Virus record (IMG/VR): IMGVR_UViG_3300023049_000005 | Span: 62,001 to 126,000 of that record | DNA length: 64,000 bases | Strand: one strand, 5' to 3' | The notes under the pieces: generated by a model | Database searches by the model: none | Seen by the model: the letters and a program-made list of their open reading frames with translations, nothing else | Told to the model about the DNA's origin: nothing | Shown: positions 28,928-39,830 of the stretch, piece by piece | Numbering within the stretch: position 1 is the stretch's first letter | Layout: every line of letters starts with the position of its first letter | Program-made: the position numbers and the translations under genes

Positions 28928-29369
28928 CCCTTTTTATCTTACGTAATACTTCTATTTGCGTATCATGTAATATTTCAAACGCTTCTTCTATTGATACCCA
29001 TTTAAAATCATCACATTCAGGAAATGGTTCTTTTAATTTTTTACCACCTAAATATACTACCATAGAGGTACATTTGAATGGATACTCATATAAAAAGCCA
29101 TCATATTTATATAAGTATGATTTAAGTTGCTTCTTCCCACTTTTATATACAACGATGTCATATTCTTTGATATAAGAACATTTTTCTAGCTTTCTGATGT
29201 CTAGATCGGTTTCCTCTCTAAACTCTCTTATAGCAGCATCTAAATACGCCTCGTTGGGATCTGCGTTACCTTTAGGTATACTCCAAAGATTAGGATCATG
29301 ATTAGTAGGGTGTTCTACTAATAGTTCTTTGTTTTTGTTAAATAGGAATATACCACATGTTGTTTTCAT
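28920..29369 (-). CDS. Nudix hydrolase
   Basis: PKGNADPNEAYLDAAIREFREET Nudix box. Confidence 0.9.
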   Translation of the reverse strand: MKTTCGIFLFNKNKELLVEHPTNHDPNLWSIPKGNADPNEAYLDAAIREFREETDLDIRKLEKCSYIKEYDIVVYKSGKKQLKSYLYKYDGFLYEYPFKCTSMVVYLGGKKLKEPFPECDDFKWVSIEEAFEILHDTQIEVLRKIKRDV

Positions 29370-29387
29370 GTCACAAAAATAACTATA

Positions 29388-29831
29388 TTATTTGAATAAA
29401 TAACGTATTAATTTCTTAAAATGTGGCTCAACTAAATCTAGTGCTTTTTTTCTTTTACAAAGTTTTACTTTACGTATCTCTTTTTTATCTCTTTTTCCCT
29501 TTTCTAAATCTTCATATTCTTCCTTGGTTACTTTGATAATAAAGACATGTAAGTTCTTCTTGATACCATTCTTCTTATACGTATACTTAAAAGAACTATC
29601 AACTTGTCTTAATCCTATATCAATACCCGTTTCTTCCCTCATCTCTAAATATGCATTATGAAATAAAGACTTATCTTCTTCGACATGACCTTTAGGTATC
29701 GAATACTTTTCGTCACCTTTGAACTTTTTGGGAAGGACTAAGCATATTTTTTTATTATCTACTATTAATGCTATCCCTGCTAGTTGATGTGATTCTTCTT
29801 TAAACGTGTTATATTCCTTAATTATGTACAT
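29388..29831 (-). CDS. Nudix hydrolase with CTS-like N-terminus
   Basis: PKGHVE......NAYLEMREETG. Confidence 0.85.
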   Translation of the reverse strand: MYIIKEYNTFKEESHQLAGIALIVDNKKICLVLPKKFKGDEKYSIPKGHVEEDKSLFHNAYLEMREETGIDIGLRQVDSSFKYTYKKNGIKKNLHVFIIKVTKEEYEDLEKGKRDKKEIRKVKLCKRKKALDLVEPHFKKLIRYLFK

Positions 29832-30232
29832 ATACTATATATTTGTTTTAAAGTATGAATAATACTTCCCTATTTGATCTAAACTTAAGGGTGGGTATCT
29901 CTATACCTGTTACATAATTAGTCATTAGTTTTATCATCTCTGTTACTTCGTTATGTGGTAAATCATATTGTTGTTGAATAATATATTTAGTTTCTATATT
30001 AAAATTATAGACTTTAAAATTATTATAGACCTCTAATATCCATTCACCCATATCAGAATAATAACAAGTATATCCTTCTTTTTCTTTTTTGTTTTTATAA
30101 ATGGATTTAAAATAATAGATCAATGTAACCGTACTATCCGAAAGGTCTTCTTTAATAACTTCTTGTAGCATAAGCTCCCTATTTAAATACCTTAGATTCA
30201 TGTTTTATATATTAAAATTAAATATATAGTAT

Positions 30233-30667
30233 ATGAAAAACTTAATCATAGTAAGCCTTTTACTATTAACATCATGTACTTTTAACAAAAAAGCTGACAC
30301 TATATACGAATCAGAATATTGTATAGAAATCGAAAATACCGATAAAATAATTTGTTTCGATATGCCTGTTGACACTAATTCGACTTACATATATGTGGAC
30401 GAATTTGGAGTAAAGAACATATACGATAATTTATTATTACACTACATGATGGTTGTGGAAATCAAAGGGGATGTTGTAACTCTTTCTAATGCGATAAACT
30501 CTATATCAATAAAATGGGTAGGTGAATTACCTAAGATACAAGATATGTTTTATATCATAAGTAGTGAAAAAGTACTTGAAGAAACTACATTAATAACATA
30601 CCCTGAATATATGATACCACAAGGTGAAGCAGTAGAAGGCGACGATGTTGATATAATTGAACCTTAA
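30233..30667 (+). CDS. predicted lipoprotein
   Basis: MKNLIIVSLLLLTSC lipobox. Confidence 0.65.
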   Translation: MKNLIIVSLLLLTSCTFNKKADTIYESEYCIEIENTDKIICFDMPVDTNSTYIYVDEFGVKNIYDNLLLHYMMVVEIKGDVVTLSNAINSISIKWVGELPKIQDMFYIISSEKVLEETTLITYPEYMIPQGEAVEGDDVDIIEP

Positions 30668-31200
30668 CCTCCGTTAATATAACTTCTGATCATTCTATCT
30701 ACTTGTTCTTTTACGAGTATTTTAAATTCAATACCTTTTGGTTTACAGTATGCTATTGTGTGTTCCCATTTTGCCATATTCCTATTATATTCATCTATTG
30801 CCCACTTATAATTTTTAAGTTGCTTCTGAGTTAACCTACTAGCATCTTTCATTTTCGGTGGTCTAGTCTGTTCTTTCGGTTTCACCTCTAATAATATTTC
30901 TCTAATGCTTCCGTCCTTCATCTTTAATTTATAATAAAAATCAGGATAATATCTATGTCTACTGATACTCACTATACCATGCTTATCAGGTTTCTTTAAT
31001 TGATATGGTATTTCAATACACTCCGCACCCCATAATATAACATTAGGTTCGTTGTCAAAGTATTTCATAGCAGTTAATTCCCAAGAGCTTCTGTAATATA
31101 ATCCACCTCTTTCGTTTAACTTATAAACCTTACTCGTATTAGTAGGTGTAAATAATCCCTGTCTGTAATTTCCTTTCCCGTTTGGAACGCTATTTAACAT
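30664..31200 (-). CDS. T4 gp4-like head completion nuclease (TnsA-like)
   Basis: YRSSWE, W..E.I.IPY, HRYYPDF, EVKP..QT..P, N.AKW. Confidence 0.88.
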   Translation of the reverse strand: MLNSVPNGKGNYRQGLFTPTNTSKVYKLNERGGLYYRSSWELTAMKYFDNEPNVILWGAECIEIPYQLKKPDKHGIVSISRHRYYPDFYYKLKMKDGSIREILLEVKPKEQTRPPKMKDASRLTQKQLKNYKWAIDEYNRNMAKWEHTIAYCKPKGIEFKILVKEQVDRMIRSYINGG

Positions 31201-31277
31201 AAACTTTTGTTGATTTTTAAGTATATAATAAAAAAGGGACTTTCCTATTTTAATAGATAAAAAAAATAAATTATAAT

Positions 31278-31973
31278 ATGTTAATTATTAAAGACTACAA
31301 TGCAGTAACCATTAAGAATTTAAAAGAAAATGGTATAGAATACGAAGTAAACAAAGAATCAAAAATATTCACTTATCTAAAAAAGACCATCAATAAAATT
31401 TCTTTTGGTTATTTCTACAAAGAAGATACTAATATCATTGATCCATATAAAATAAGTAATCGGTTAGTAGAAGCTGATCCAAACAAAGAGATATATAAGA
31501 ATTTACCATTAGATGCCTTTGAGAATATAAGCGAAAAAACACTAGAAAATTATCCCGATAAGTTTAATTGGAATACTATCTCAAAATTAAACTTATCAGA
31601 GCAATTCATACTCAATAATTTTTCTTTATTAAGCACAGAAATATTATCTAAAAAACCATTAGCCCCCGTTATTATAATAAATAAATATTTAGATCTAAAT
31701 ATAAGAACATTATTTGAAACCAACGATATGTGTAAAGTATATATCTATTTATATGATGTGATAGGAAAAAGAAAACTGACAGAAAAGGAATTAGAATTCT
31801 TAACATACCTTAATGTATTTAATATGATCAAAAAATATGATCAGAGATTAATCGAACAAAACCGAGAGGATATAGTAAATGAGTTTATAGTTTCTGCTGA
31901 TATGAAAAGAATTAAAGATATGAAAAGAATTAAAGATACATTTAATGAAAAAGTAACGGAAGATAATGAGTAA
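31278..31973 (+). CDS. hypothetical protein
   Basis: ORF; FNWNTISK.NLSEQFI repeat-like unit. Confidence 0.55.
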   Translation: MLIIKDYNAVTIKNLKENGIEYEVNKESKIFTYLKKTINKISFGYFYKEDTNIIDPYKISNRLVEADPNKEIYKNLPLDAFENISEKTLENYPDKFNWNTISKLNLSEQFILNNFSLLSTEILSKKPLAPVIIINKYLDLNIRTLFETNDMCKVYIYLYDVIGKRKLTEKELEFLTYLNVFNMIKKYDQRLIEQNREDIVNEFIVSADMKRIKDMKRIKDTFNEKVTEDNE

Positions 31974-32253
31974 TATCATTTTTGAACTAGTAGGTCTTAT
32001 TTGTTTATCTACATTATCAGTAAACGCAACTCCTGTGTTATGGATAAGACACAAATTAGGAATATATCAAATGGATGACGATAATAGCTTTTTAAAGAAT
32101 AAGTTAATTGAGTTATTGTCTTGTCCTATGTGCTTAGGGTTTTGGATAGGTTTTGGATTTCTGATCACGTCCTATTCCCTATTTGATACTATTTTATTAG
32201 CAAGTATAATTTCTATTTTTTCTGAATTATTAAATAAGTTACTAAGAATGTAA
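31966..32253 (+). CDS. DUF1360-like membrane protein
   Basis: ELLSCPMCLGFWIG followed by TM helices. Confidence 0.65.
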   Translation: MSNIIFELVGLICLSTLSVNATPVLWIRHKLGIYQMDDDNSFLKNKLIELLSCPMCLGFWIGFGFLITSYSLFDTILLASIISIFSELLNKLLRM

Positions 32254-32511
32254 TATATAAAGAAAAAGAAAATGTAACCATGGATGAAAAAGTAAAACAC
32301 ATTATCAAAGAAGTACACGCAAATAATGGTAAAGTGCCTGCTCATATTGTAGACCAAATGTTTGAAGTACATAACCAACTATTTCCTAAAACAATGGAAT
32401 TCAATAAAGGGTGTGGTACGTGTAGAAAAAGGACATTCGGAAGAATTCAAACATATTTTAATGATAACATAAATAACCTAGGTAATACTTCTTTTGGTTA
32501 ATATATAGTTT

Positions 32512-33219
32512 ATGTATGTACTAAAAGAGAAGATCAAAGAATTACTTAAAACGACATCTATCCCTAGTTTCTTTAAAGACAACTCGATGCGTTTCATGAA
32601 GTTATACCAAAGTCCCGATAACGATAATGTTAAAGCTGTTAATATGGCTAAGATACAAAAGGGTGGAATATACTTTATGTTGTATCAAGATGAATCTAAT
32701 TGGATGCAATACTCTCCTATACTATGTTGTGATTTCAGAGATAATAGATTAGTATTCGGTATAAACCTTAACTTCATTCCATTAGAAATAAGGTTAGAAC
32801 TTTTTGATAATATCATAAATGATCTCGAAGAAAATAATAATCAACCAAACGGAACTACACCATTTAATTACATCACTTTCGAAAAGGCATATAAAATGTT
32901 ATTAAGATATGGGTATGAATATGCTATTGTTGAATATGAGATTAGTAGAATAGCACAGGTCTATGATATAAAATACGAAGAACTCCCATATTGGATTTAC
33001 TCTCAATACCCCACACTTAAATATGATCCTATAAAACTATATCAAATATGGGAAAGTAAATTAGCTAAAAGACCCGAAAGACATAAAGAGATGATCGCTA
33101 AATTAGTTAAAGACTTCTATAACGTAACTGATGAATTGATCGAGAACAGCGATGCACTCAAAGGTCATCTACAAAGACTTAAAAGAAACTATGATAAGTT
33201 TGGAGATAAGTTTAGTTAA
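32512..33219 (+). CDS. T4 gp2-like DNA end protector
   Basis: G.IYF..Y, P......GINLNFIP...R; adjacent to the portal gene. Confidence 0.6.
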   Translation: MYVLKEKIKELLKTTSIPSFFKDNSMRFMKLYQSPDNDNVKAVNMAKIQKGGIYFMLYQDESNWMQYSPILCCDFRDNRLVFGINLNFIPLEIRLELFDNIINDLEENNNQPNGTTPFNYITFEKAYKMLLRYGYEYAIVEYEISRIAQVYDIKYEELPYWIYSQYPTLKYDPIKLYQIWESKLAKRPERHKEMIAKLVKDFYNVTDELIENSDALKGHLQRLKRNYDKFGDKFS

Positions 33220-33471
33220 TTTCCTTTAATAGTTCCTCTATCAATTTATCGATTTCCTCAGTAAACCCTAAGTTTTCTTCAAGCATAGACTTAAAAAATC
33301 TACTATAAATCTTATCAGTGAAAATGTTATTTTCATCTACTTTAGCGTACCCAAACTCTTTGATGTTATTGACTGCGTTTCGTATTAATCTCTCTTTCAT
33401 ATAGTAAATATAATAAATATTTTTTAGGGGATGGTTTTATTTATATATAAATAAAATATTTTAAAATATAA

Positions 33472-35169
33472 ATGGCGAGCTATAATCCGAATAACAGTCC
33501 AAGTTGGAGTAATAATAACACAGGAAATCAGGGATTTTTTTCGAGAGCGTTAAGAAACATCAGCAGTTGGGGCATGTACTACAATGACATGGTTTCTAAA
33601 AACAAAGTAACTATTGGTATAAATGAAGATCCTAATCAGATGTCAGGTAATGGTGGGATGTATGATTTCTTTTCACAGAGAGCCATTGCTTCTATATTAA
33701 GTCAAAAATCAGTTGCGTACTTAGATAAGAGCGTTAATGATAAAATAAGAATACTTAGAGAATATAGTATAAAAGACGAAATAAAAGATTTCGTAACTAC
33801 TATATGTGATGAGGCTATTATTTATGATGATGAAAGAAGATTCTGTGAGCCTAAAAAACTAAAAGACGATTATCCACAAGAGGTAAAAGATAGATATTAT
33901 GAGATATTCGAAGAGGTGTATAACAACTTTAATTTCTCAAATGGAAAAAGAGCTTGGGATATATTCAGAAGATTCTTAATTGATGGATATGCTGCATATG
34001 AAATTGTATGGGATGATAAAGCACAGAATATAATTGGATATGAAGAAGTAGAACCTGTTACTCTAATGCCTGGCTATGAACCTGAATCGGGTACACATAT
34101 TTGGATACAGTTTCCCGAAGACCCAACATTAAGAAGAGTGATATTAGATAGCCAAATCATATACCTTTCTTATAAATCTCATAACGAATATTCGGAGATG
34201 TCATACGTTGAGGGATTAATTAGACCATATAACCAACTTAAAATAATTGAACAAAGTAAGATCATATTTAATATGGCTAATGCTACAATTTATCAAAAGT
34301 ATGTAATACCTGTTAAAGACCTACCTAGACAAAGAGCAGAAGAAAGTGTTGGTAAGATGATTGCTAACTATTCAGAAGAAGTGAGTTGGGATGATACTAT
34401 GGGTGTTCCTGAGATTAACGGAAGTAAGCATATACCTTATAATAAACAATTATGGTTTCCTGAGGGAGAAAGTGGTACGCCACAATTTGAATTAATATCA
34501 CCTGATGGTCATAACTTAAATGAAAACGATATGTTGACATGGTTTTATAATGCTTTAAAAAGAGCTAGTAATATCCCATTCTCAAGATTTGATAAAGATA
34601 ATGGTGGTGGAGATATTTATGATAACAGTTCTGGAATGACTAACGATGAAGTAAAATTTGGAAACTTTGTAGGAAGATTAAGAACATCTTTTAAAGAAGT
34701 TGTTATTAAACCAATGAAACTTCAGATGCTTAGAGAATTTCCTGAGTATAAAGAAGACGCTAAACTATTAAATAGTATTGATGTAGAGTTTAATTCTAAC
34801 GATCTATTCGAAGAATGGAAGCGAATTAACAACCTAAACAAACGTGTTGAAACTGTACAGAAATTAGCAGATGCTATTGAAATAGATGGAAGACCTTATT
34901 TCCATCCTGAGTATATAGTTGATAAATACTTAAAACTTACTGAAGAAGAAAAACAAGAAAACGAAGCATATTGGAAGAAGAAACCAATTAAAGGAGACGC
35001 AGGCGATGGATCAGGAGGTGGTGACAGCTTTGGTGGTGATGATGACTTTGGTGGTGGAGACTTCGGTGGCGATGACGATTTCGGTGGCGGTGAAGATCTA
35101 GGTGGAGAAGACCTAGGCGGTGGCGCAGATGAAGGCGGTGGAGAAGACGTTGGTGATTTCGAATTCTAA
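33472..35169 (+). CDS. portal protein (T4 gp20-like)
   Basis: I.DEAI, FRRFLIDG, PYNQLK.IE, LP..RAE, IP.SRF, DEVKF..FV.RLR; Gly/Asp-rich tail. Confidence 0.92.
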   Translation: MASYNPNNSPSWSNNNTGNQGFFSRALRNISSWGMYYNDMVSKNKVTIGINEDPNQMSGNGGMYDFFSQRAIASILSQKSVAYLDKSVNDKIRILREYSIKDEIKDFVTTICDEAIIYDDERRFCEPKKLKDDYPQEVKDRYYEIFEEVYNNFNFSNGKRAWDIFRRFLIDGYAAYEIVWDDKAQNIIGYEEVEPVTLMPGYEPESGTHIWIQFPEDPTLRRVILDSQIIYLSYKSHNEYSEMSYVEGLIRPYNQLKIIEQSKIIFNMANATIYQKYVIPVKDLPRQRAEESVGKMIANYSEEVSWDDTMGVPEINGSKHIPYNKQLWFPEGESGTPQFELISPDGHNLNENDMLTWFYNALKRASNIPFSRFDKDNGGGDIYDNSSGMTNDEVKFGNFVGRLRTSFKEVVIKPMKLQMLREFPEYKEDAKLLNSIDVEFNSNDLFEEWKRINNLNKRVETVQKLADAIEIDGRPYFHPEYIVDKYLKLTEEEKQENEAYWKKKPIKGDAGDGSGGGDSFGGDDDFGGGDFGGDDDFGGGEDLGGEDLGGGADEGGGEDVGDFEF

Positions 35170-35170
35170 T

Positions 35171-35545
35171 CTAAGGTAAATATTCTTTAGCATATCCTAA
35201 ATCAATAAGTTCTTGGTTCAAATAAATTTGTTCTCCTGTTTCTTCATTGATATAATAAATCTTAGCAAGGTATCTACCATACTTACCTGTTCTATCTTTA
35301 ATAGATTGTATAATAACATTTTTTTCAAGGATTTTAGATCTGACATAATCTCTCGATATTCGACCCTGTTCTAATTCTTCACCACGCATTTCAGGTGTAT
35401 CTATTCCATATAACCTCAACGCTACTCCTTTTCCTTCAAGTCCGTTTTGTTTTATTCCGAACCCTAGGTCGAAATGACATCTAATAGTATCACCATCGTA
35501 GACTGATACTACATATCCTCTATATACATATTCTGTTGTTATCAT
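35171..35545 (-). CDS. thermonuclease (SNase family)
   Basis: VYDGDT, RLYGIDTPE, GKYGRYLA. Confidence 0.92.
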   Translation of the reverse strand: MITTEYVYRGYVVSVYDGDTIRCHFDLGFGIKQNGLEGKGVALRLYGIDTPEMRGEELEQGRISRDYVRSKILEKNVIIQSIKDRTGKYGRYLAKIYYINEETGEQIYLNQELIDLGYAKEYLP

Positions 35546-35690
35546 ATAGTATATATTTTTAATTAAATACTAATATGTGGTATATAGATATAATATATAA
35601 GATAATTAAAGATAATACAATTATTTGCTGATTTTAGAAAAAAGGCGTTTTCTAAGGTAAATATATAGTATAAGAAAAATAATATAACCT

Positions 35691-37937
35691 ATGAAAAACG
35701 TATTAATCATTGAACATAATCCTACTTCATTAAAACCCATTAATGAATCAGCAGGAAAAGGTCAAGAAGATAAGTATACATTAGGAGGCGTATTTACAGA
35801 ATTTGACAAAAAGAATAGAAACGATAGGGTCTATACTTGGAGTAAGTTCGAACCTGCATTAAACGAATTAAATGAAAGAATCAGCACAATGGGTGTATAC
35901 GGTGAGTATGATCATCCCGATACTTTTGATACTTCATTAAAGAATGCATCACACATGGTTGAAACGGCTTCTTATGACGAAAAAAACAATTGTGTTACAG
36001 GAAAAATCAGATTACTTAATACTCAGTGGGGTAAAGAAGCAAAAGCATTGGTTGAAGATAATTCACCTTTATTCGTTTCTTCGAGAGCTGCAGGTATTAC
36101 AGAAGGTAATGGTGAAGTAACACTTAAAAAATTATTCACATATGATATTGTGGCAGATCCAGGATTTTCCTCTGCTAGAATGCAATCATTGAATGAATCT
36201 ATGGGCTATTCATCAAATTCCAACTTTCAAATATATGAAATGGATGATGAAACAAAAATTAATCAATTATTTGAAATGAACAAAAATGATATGGTAACAA
36301 AACAGCAAATGGTAGATTACTCTGAGTATTTAGTAGAAAACATCAAAGAGGTGAAAGCTAAAATCAACGAATCTATCAAAACAGGTCAAATTCAACCTAA
36401 AAAATTAAATGAATTAACACAGTATTACGAAAGAATGCTTGAAGAACAAAATAAGATGACTAAGTACTTAGATTACTTAGCTGAAAATTTACAAGTTGTA
36501 GTAAAAGAAAACATAGAATTAAAAGAAAGTAATTCTAAGTTAGAAAAAACTACTAACAACCTTATTAAGCATAATGATTATTTAGCTGAAAACTTAGAGA
36601 AGTCTATTGAATTCTCTGATTATATTGCTGAGGAATTAGATAAGTCTGTAGAATACAGTGAGTATATCGCTGAGGAATTAGATAAGTCTATCCAATATGG
36701 TGAGTATATCGCTGAGGAATTAGATAAGTCTATCCAATATGGTGAATACATTGCTGAAAACTTAAACAAATCTATTGAATTCTCTGATTATTTAGCTGAG
36801 AATTTAGATAACTCAATCGTATATTCTGAATATTTAGCTGAAAACATTGATACTAATATCAAGTACTCTGAATACATTGCTGAGAATTTAGATAGCGGTT
36901 TAGCATACACTGATTATGTTGCTGAACAATTAGATAAGTCTATTGAATACAGCAAAATGATTACAGAAAAATTAAACGAATCATCTAGTAAATTATTTGA
37001 AAGCGTTGAGGGCGAAGAAATGGATGGATTTCCATCACCTGATATCGTAGGTCTTTCTGAACTAGAAATGGATATGGAAGAAGATGAAGATGAGGATGAA
37101 GATAATTTGGATATCAACGTTGATGTTGATGTTGAAATTGAAGGATCTGAGGATGACGTAAACTGCAGAGTAGTTTGTGATGATGACGAAGATGTAAATA
37201 TAGATGATACTCCCGAATTAGAAGAAGGTGAAACAGAAGAAATTATTTCTGATGAGCTTGATGAAGAAGAAGAGGAAATGGAAGAAAAGGAAGAATTAGA
37301 AGAAGCAATTTCTGAAGAAGTTTCACAAGAAGAAGCACACGACGAAGATAAAGACGAGTGTAAAGACTGTGAAGAAGAAAAAGAAGAAGAAGAAGAAGAA
37401 GATTTAATGATGGAAAATAATCTATCAAAATCTATCGACCAATTAATATTAGAAGCTAAAAAACGAGAAGCTTCTAAGACAAACGAACCTAATTTCTTGT
37501 CGTTTTTAAATAAAGATCAGTTAGATTCATTCTACGCTTTAGAGAACGATGATAGAGAATTAGTTATTGCCCATATAAACGAGAAGGGTAATTATTATTC
37601 TACAAGTGATGTACTAACTCTTATGAACGAAGCATTAGCTACGAAAGAGAAGAGTTTAGAGGAACGTTTAGTCGATGAAATGCCTGAGGAAGTTAAGGAC
37701 AAATGGGAAAAGATTACAGAATCTGCAAAGAACTCAATATTGAGTCAAGCTAGATTACATCCTACTACTAATTGGAATGAAGCGACTATGGAGCATTTTT
37801 GGTTAACTCGTAAGTTCCCTGCGATCAGAGAGTCAAACCGTGAATTGATCAACAAAGAAGATAGATTAATCCTAGAGGATAGTTTATCAGATGATGCGAT
37901 GAATTCAATTATGGAGAAATTTAATTCAATTAAATAA
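35691..37937 (+). CDS. prohead protease (gp21-like) fused to a scaffold/core domain
   Basis: NRNDRVY, GEYDHP, VSSRAAG, TYDIVADPGF; then 14-aa repeats and an acidic region. Confidence 0.88.
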   Translation: MKNVLIIEHNPTSLKPINESAGKGQEDKYTLGGVFTEFDKKNRNDRVYTWSKFEPALNELNERISTMGVYGEYDHPDTFDTSLKNASHMVETASYDEKNNCVTGKIRLLNTQWGKEAKALVEDNSPLFVSSRAAGITEGNGEVTLKKLFTYDIVADPGFSSARMQSLNESMGYSSNSNFQIYEMDDETKINQLFEMNKNDMVTKQQMVDYSEYLVENIKEVKAKINESIKTGQIQPKKLNELTQYYERMLEEQNKMTKYLDYLAENLQVVVKENIELKESNSKLEKTTNNLIKHNDYLAENLEKSIEFSDYIAEELDKSVEYSEYIAEELDKSIQYGEYIAEELDKSIQYGEYIAENLNKSIEFSDYLAENLDNSIVYSEYLAENIDTNIKYSEYIAENLDSGLAYTDYVAEQLDKSIEYSKMITEKLNESSSKLFESVEGEEMDGFPSPDIVGLSELEMDMEEDEDEDEDNLDINVDVDVEIEGSEDDVNCRVVCDDDEDVNIDDTPELEEGETEEIISDELDEEEEEMEEKEELEEAISEEVSQEEAHDEDKDECKDCEEEKEEEEEEDLMMENNLSKSIDQLILEAKKREASKTNEPNFLSFLNKDQLDSFYALENDDRELVIAHINEKGNYYSTSDVLTLMNEALATKEKSLEERLVDEMPEEVKDKWEKITESAKNSILSQARLHPTTNWNEATMEHFWLTRKFPAIRESNRELINKEDRLILEDSLSDDAMNSIMEKFNSIK
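36578..36952 (+). repeat. 42-bp (14-aa) tandem repeats EYIAEELDKSI.Y.
   Basis: about nine units, including a near-exact 42-bp duplication at ~36660-36745. Confidence 0.85.
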
Positions 37938-38032
37938 GATCCAAAAACTATCACTTAAAGTTGAAAAACGGAAAAAACACGCTTTTTAATGTGAATATAT
38001 ACTATAAGTGAAATAAAAAAAATAAAGTTAAA

Positions 38033-39745
38033 ATGATAAACTTAGACAAAACAGTAAAAAAATGGACTCCAATTCTAGAGAATATGGGAGTTGAGGGATC
38101 TGATCGTTTAGATTGGATGTCAGAGTACGCAGAGTATCATTCATTGAATGAAAATGCTTATGCAAACTTAGGTAATTTTAATGGCATGGGCGGTGTAGCT
38201 AACCCAACGGTAGCTGCTAACCCAGGTAATGCATTAGGAGTTACAGATTTCAGCAGAGGATACAATGCTGATGGAAATTCAGGCTCAGGTGACTACGGTC
38301 AGCAATTATTGCCTGTTGCGATGAAAATTGCTGCACAAACAATTGGTTTAGACCTAGTAAGCGTAAAGCCTACACCTGGTCCAAAAATTGATTTAATGTA
38401 CATCGATTTCGCATACGATGATAACACAAACGAAACAAATGAAAGACCTCAGGTTTTTGCTATTGATTTCGGAGCTAATGCAGGTGCATTGGAAACTTTC
38501 CTTAATGCAGCTTCAGCAGAAGCAGGTGCTATCCAAAGAGTAGGTGGTTTAACTGAGAGAGTATATCTTTCATTAAATGACGCTGCGGCTAACGCACAAA
38601 CAGGTTATGATCCAGGTGTTGCACCTGTTGGATCAAAACAATCATGGGTTGAATTCTTAGGATACTCTCGTATCGATAGAAAGCCTATGTTCAGAATTTT
38701 CCGTCAGGCTAACGTAGCAACAGCTACTACAGGTTCTGCATGGGGATTTGTACAAGCTGATAACACTTTTACAACTGATGAGGTATTAACTACTGTATTC
38801 GGTGGTGGATTTGGTGACACAGCAGGTGGCGCAACTTCTGCAACAGGTTCTAGCACAAGCTTAGAATTAGTGTCTGCATTAGAAGATCACTTACCTGCAT
38901 TTGCAGCAAACTTTGCTTCTGACAAATATCCTCAAACAAGAGAACAAGAAGAAACTAATTACCCAGGAATTATTGCTCCTAGAGTACAATCTAAGACAAT
39001 CCAAGCGGGGACATTAGAAATTTCTACTGCTCTTAAGAGAACTGAGATAGAAGATATCAAAGCAAACTTAGGTATCGATATCGTTCAAAAAATGGAGTCA
39101 ATCCTTGTGAACGAATTATCACAAACTATCTCTAAGCAAATAGTTGAAAAATTATTTGAAATGGGTGACTTAAACCGTCAGTCTGCACCTGGTTACACAA
39201 CTGCAACTGCTGCTACAACAGTATTTGATTTAGACGTTGATGCATACCTTGGATCATCTGCTTCGCCAGGTGGTGAAACTTCTCACGCTGTACAAAGAAG
39301 ATTAGTGACTAAAATCCTTAATTCTTCTAACTACTTAGCAACAGAAGGTCGTGTAGGTCCTGCTCAGTTCGTAGTTACTAACGGACGTTTAGCTGCTGCT
39401 TTAGCTGACATCGCAGGTTATACAATTAACCCTGTGAAATCTAAAGTAAATGGTTCAGGTCAACTGTATCCAATGGGTACAATCGGAGACGTTCAAATTT
39501 ACGTTGATCCTTACATGTTATATAATGATAACAGAATGTTAGTAGGACGTAAGAACAATCCTGACCAACCAGGTATCGTATTCGTACCATACTTAATGGC
39601 TCAGTCAATCAGCTTATTATCTGAAGCTACATTCGCACCAAGAATGTTGTTAAGATCTAGATATGCGATTGCAGAGTTAGGATTTTATCCACAAAAACAA
39701 TATATGACAGTTAAAGTTGTAGATACTAATAATATCTTAGCGTAA
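38033..39745 (+). CDS. major capsid protein (T4 gp23-like)
   Basis: KWTPILE, IAAQTIG.DLV.V.P, L.NE..Q.I, VYVDPY-like motif, PYLM, SRYA. Confidence 0.93.
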   Translation: MINLDKTVKKWTPILENMGVEGSDRLDWMSEYAEYHSLNENAYANLGNFNGMGGVANPTVAANPGNALGVTDFSRGYNADGNSGSGDYGQQLLPVAMKIAAQTIGLDLVSVKPTPGPKIDLMYIDFAYDDNTNETNERPQVFAIDFGANAGALETFLNAASAEAGAIQRVGGLTERVYLSLNDAAANAQTGYDPGVAPVGSKQSWVEFLGYSRIDRKPMFRIFRQANVATATTGSAWGFVQADNTFTTDEVLTTVFGGGFGDTAGGATSATGSSTSLELVSALEDHLPAFAANFASDKYPQTREQEETNYPGIIAPRVQSKTIQAGTLEISTALKRTEIEDIKANLGIDIVQKMESILVNELSQTISKQIVEKLFEMGDLNRQSAPGYTTATAATTVFDLDVDAYLGSSASPGGETSHAVQRRLVTKILNSSNYLATEGRVGPAQFVVTNGRLAAALADIAGYTINPVKSKVNGSGQLYPMGTIGDVQIYVDPYMLYNDNRMLVGRKNNPDQPGIVFVPYLMAQSISLLSEATFAPRMLLRSRYAIAELGFYPQKQYMTVKVVDTNNILA

Positions 39746-39767
39746 TAACTACATAAATATATTACAG

Positions 39768-39802
39768 AAAAAACTCTTTGGTTCGCCAAAGAGTTTTTTT
39801 TT
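39768..39802 (+). terminator. terminator after the capsid gene
   Basis: AAAAACTCTTTGG-TTCG-CCAAAGAGTTTTTTTTT. Confidence 0.85.
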
Positions 39803-39830
39803 GTTTATATTTGTCTAATATATAAGGTAC

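Noticed and set aside
34990-35169. GC-rich GGT/GGC repeat at the portal 3' end as a foreign element
   Set aside because: Encodes the in-frame Gly/Asp-rich portal tail
36578-36952. 42-bp repeats as a CRISPR array
   Set aside because: Contiguous, in-frame coding repeats with synonymous variation and no spacers
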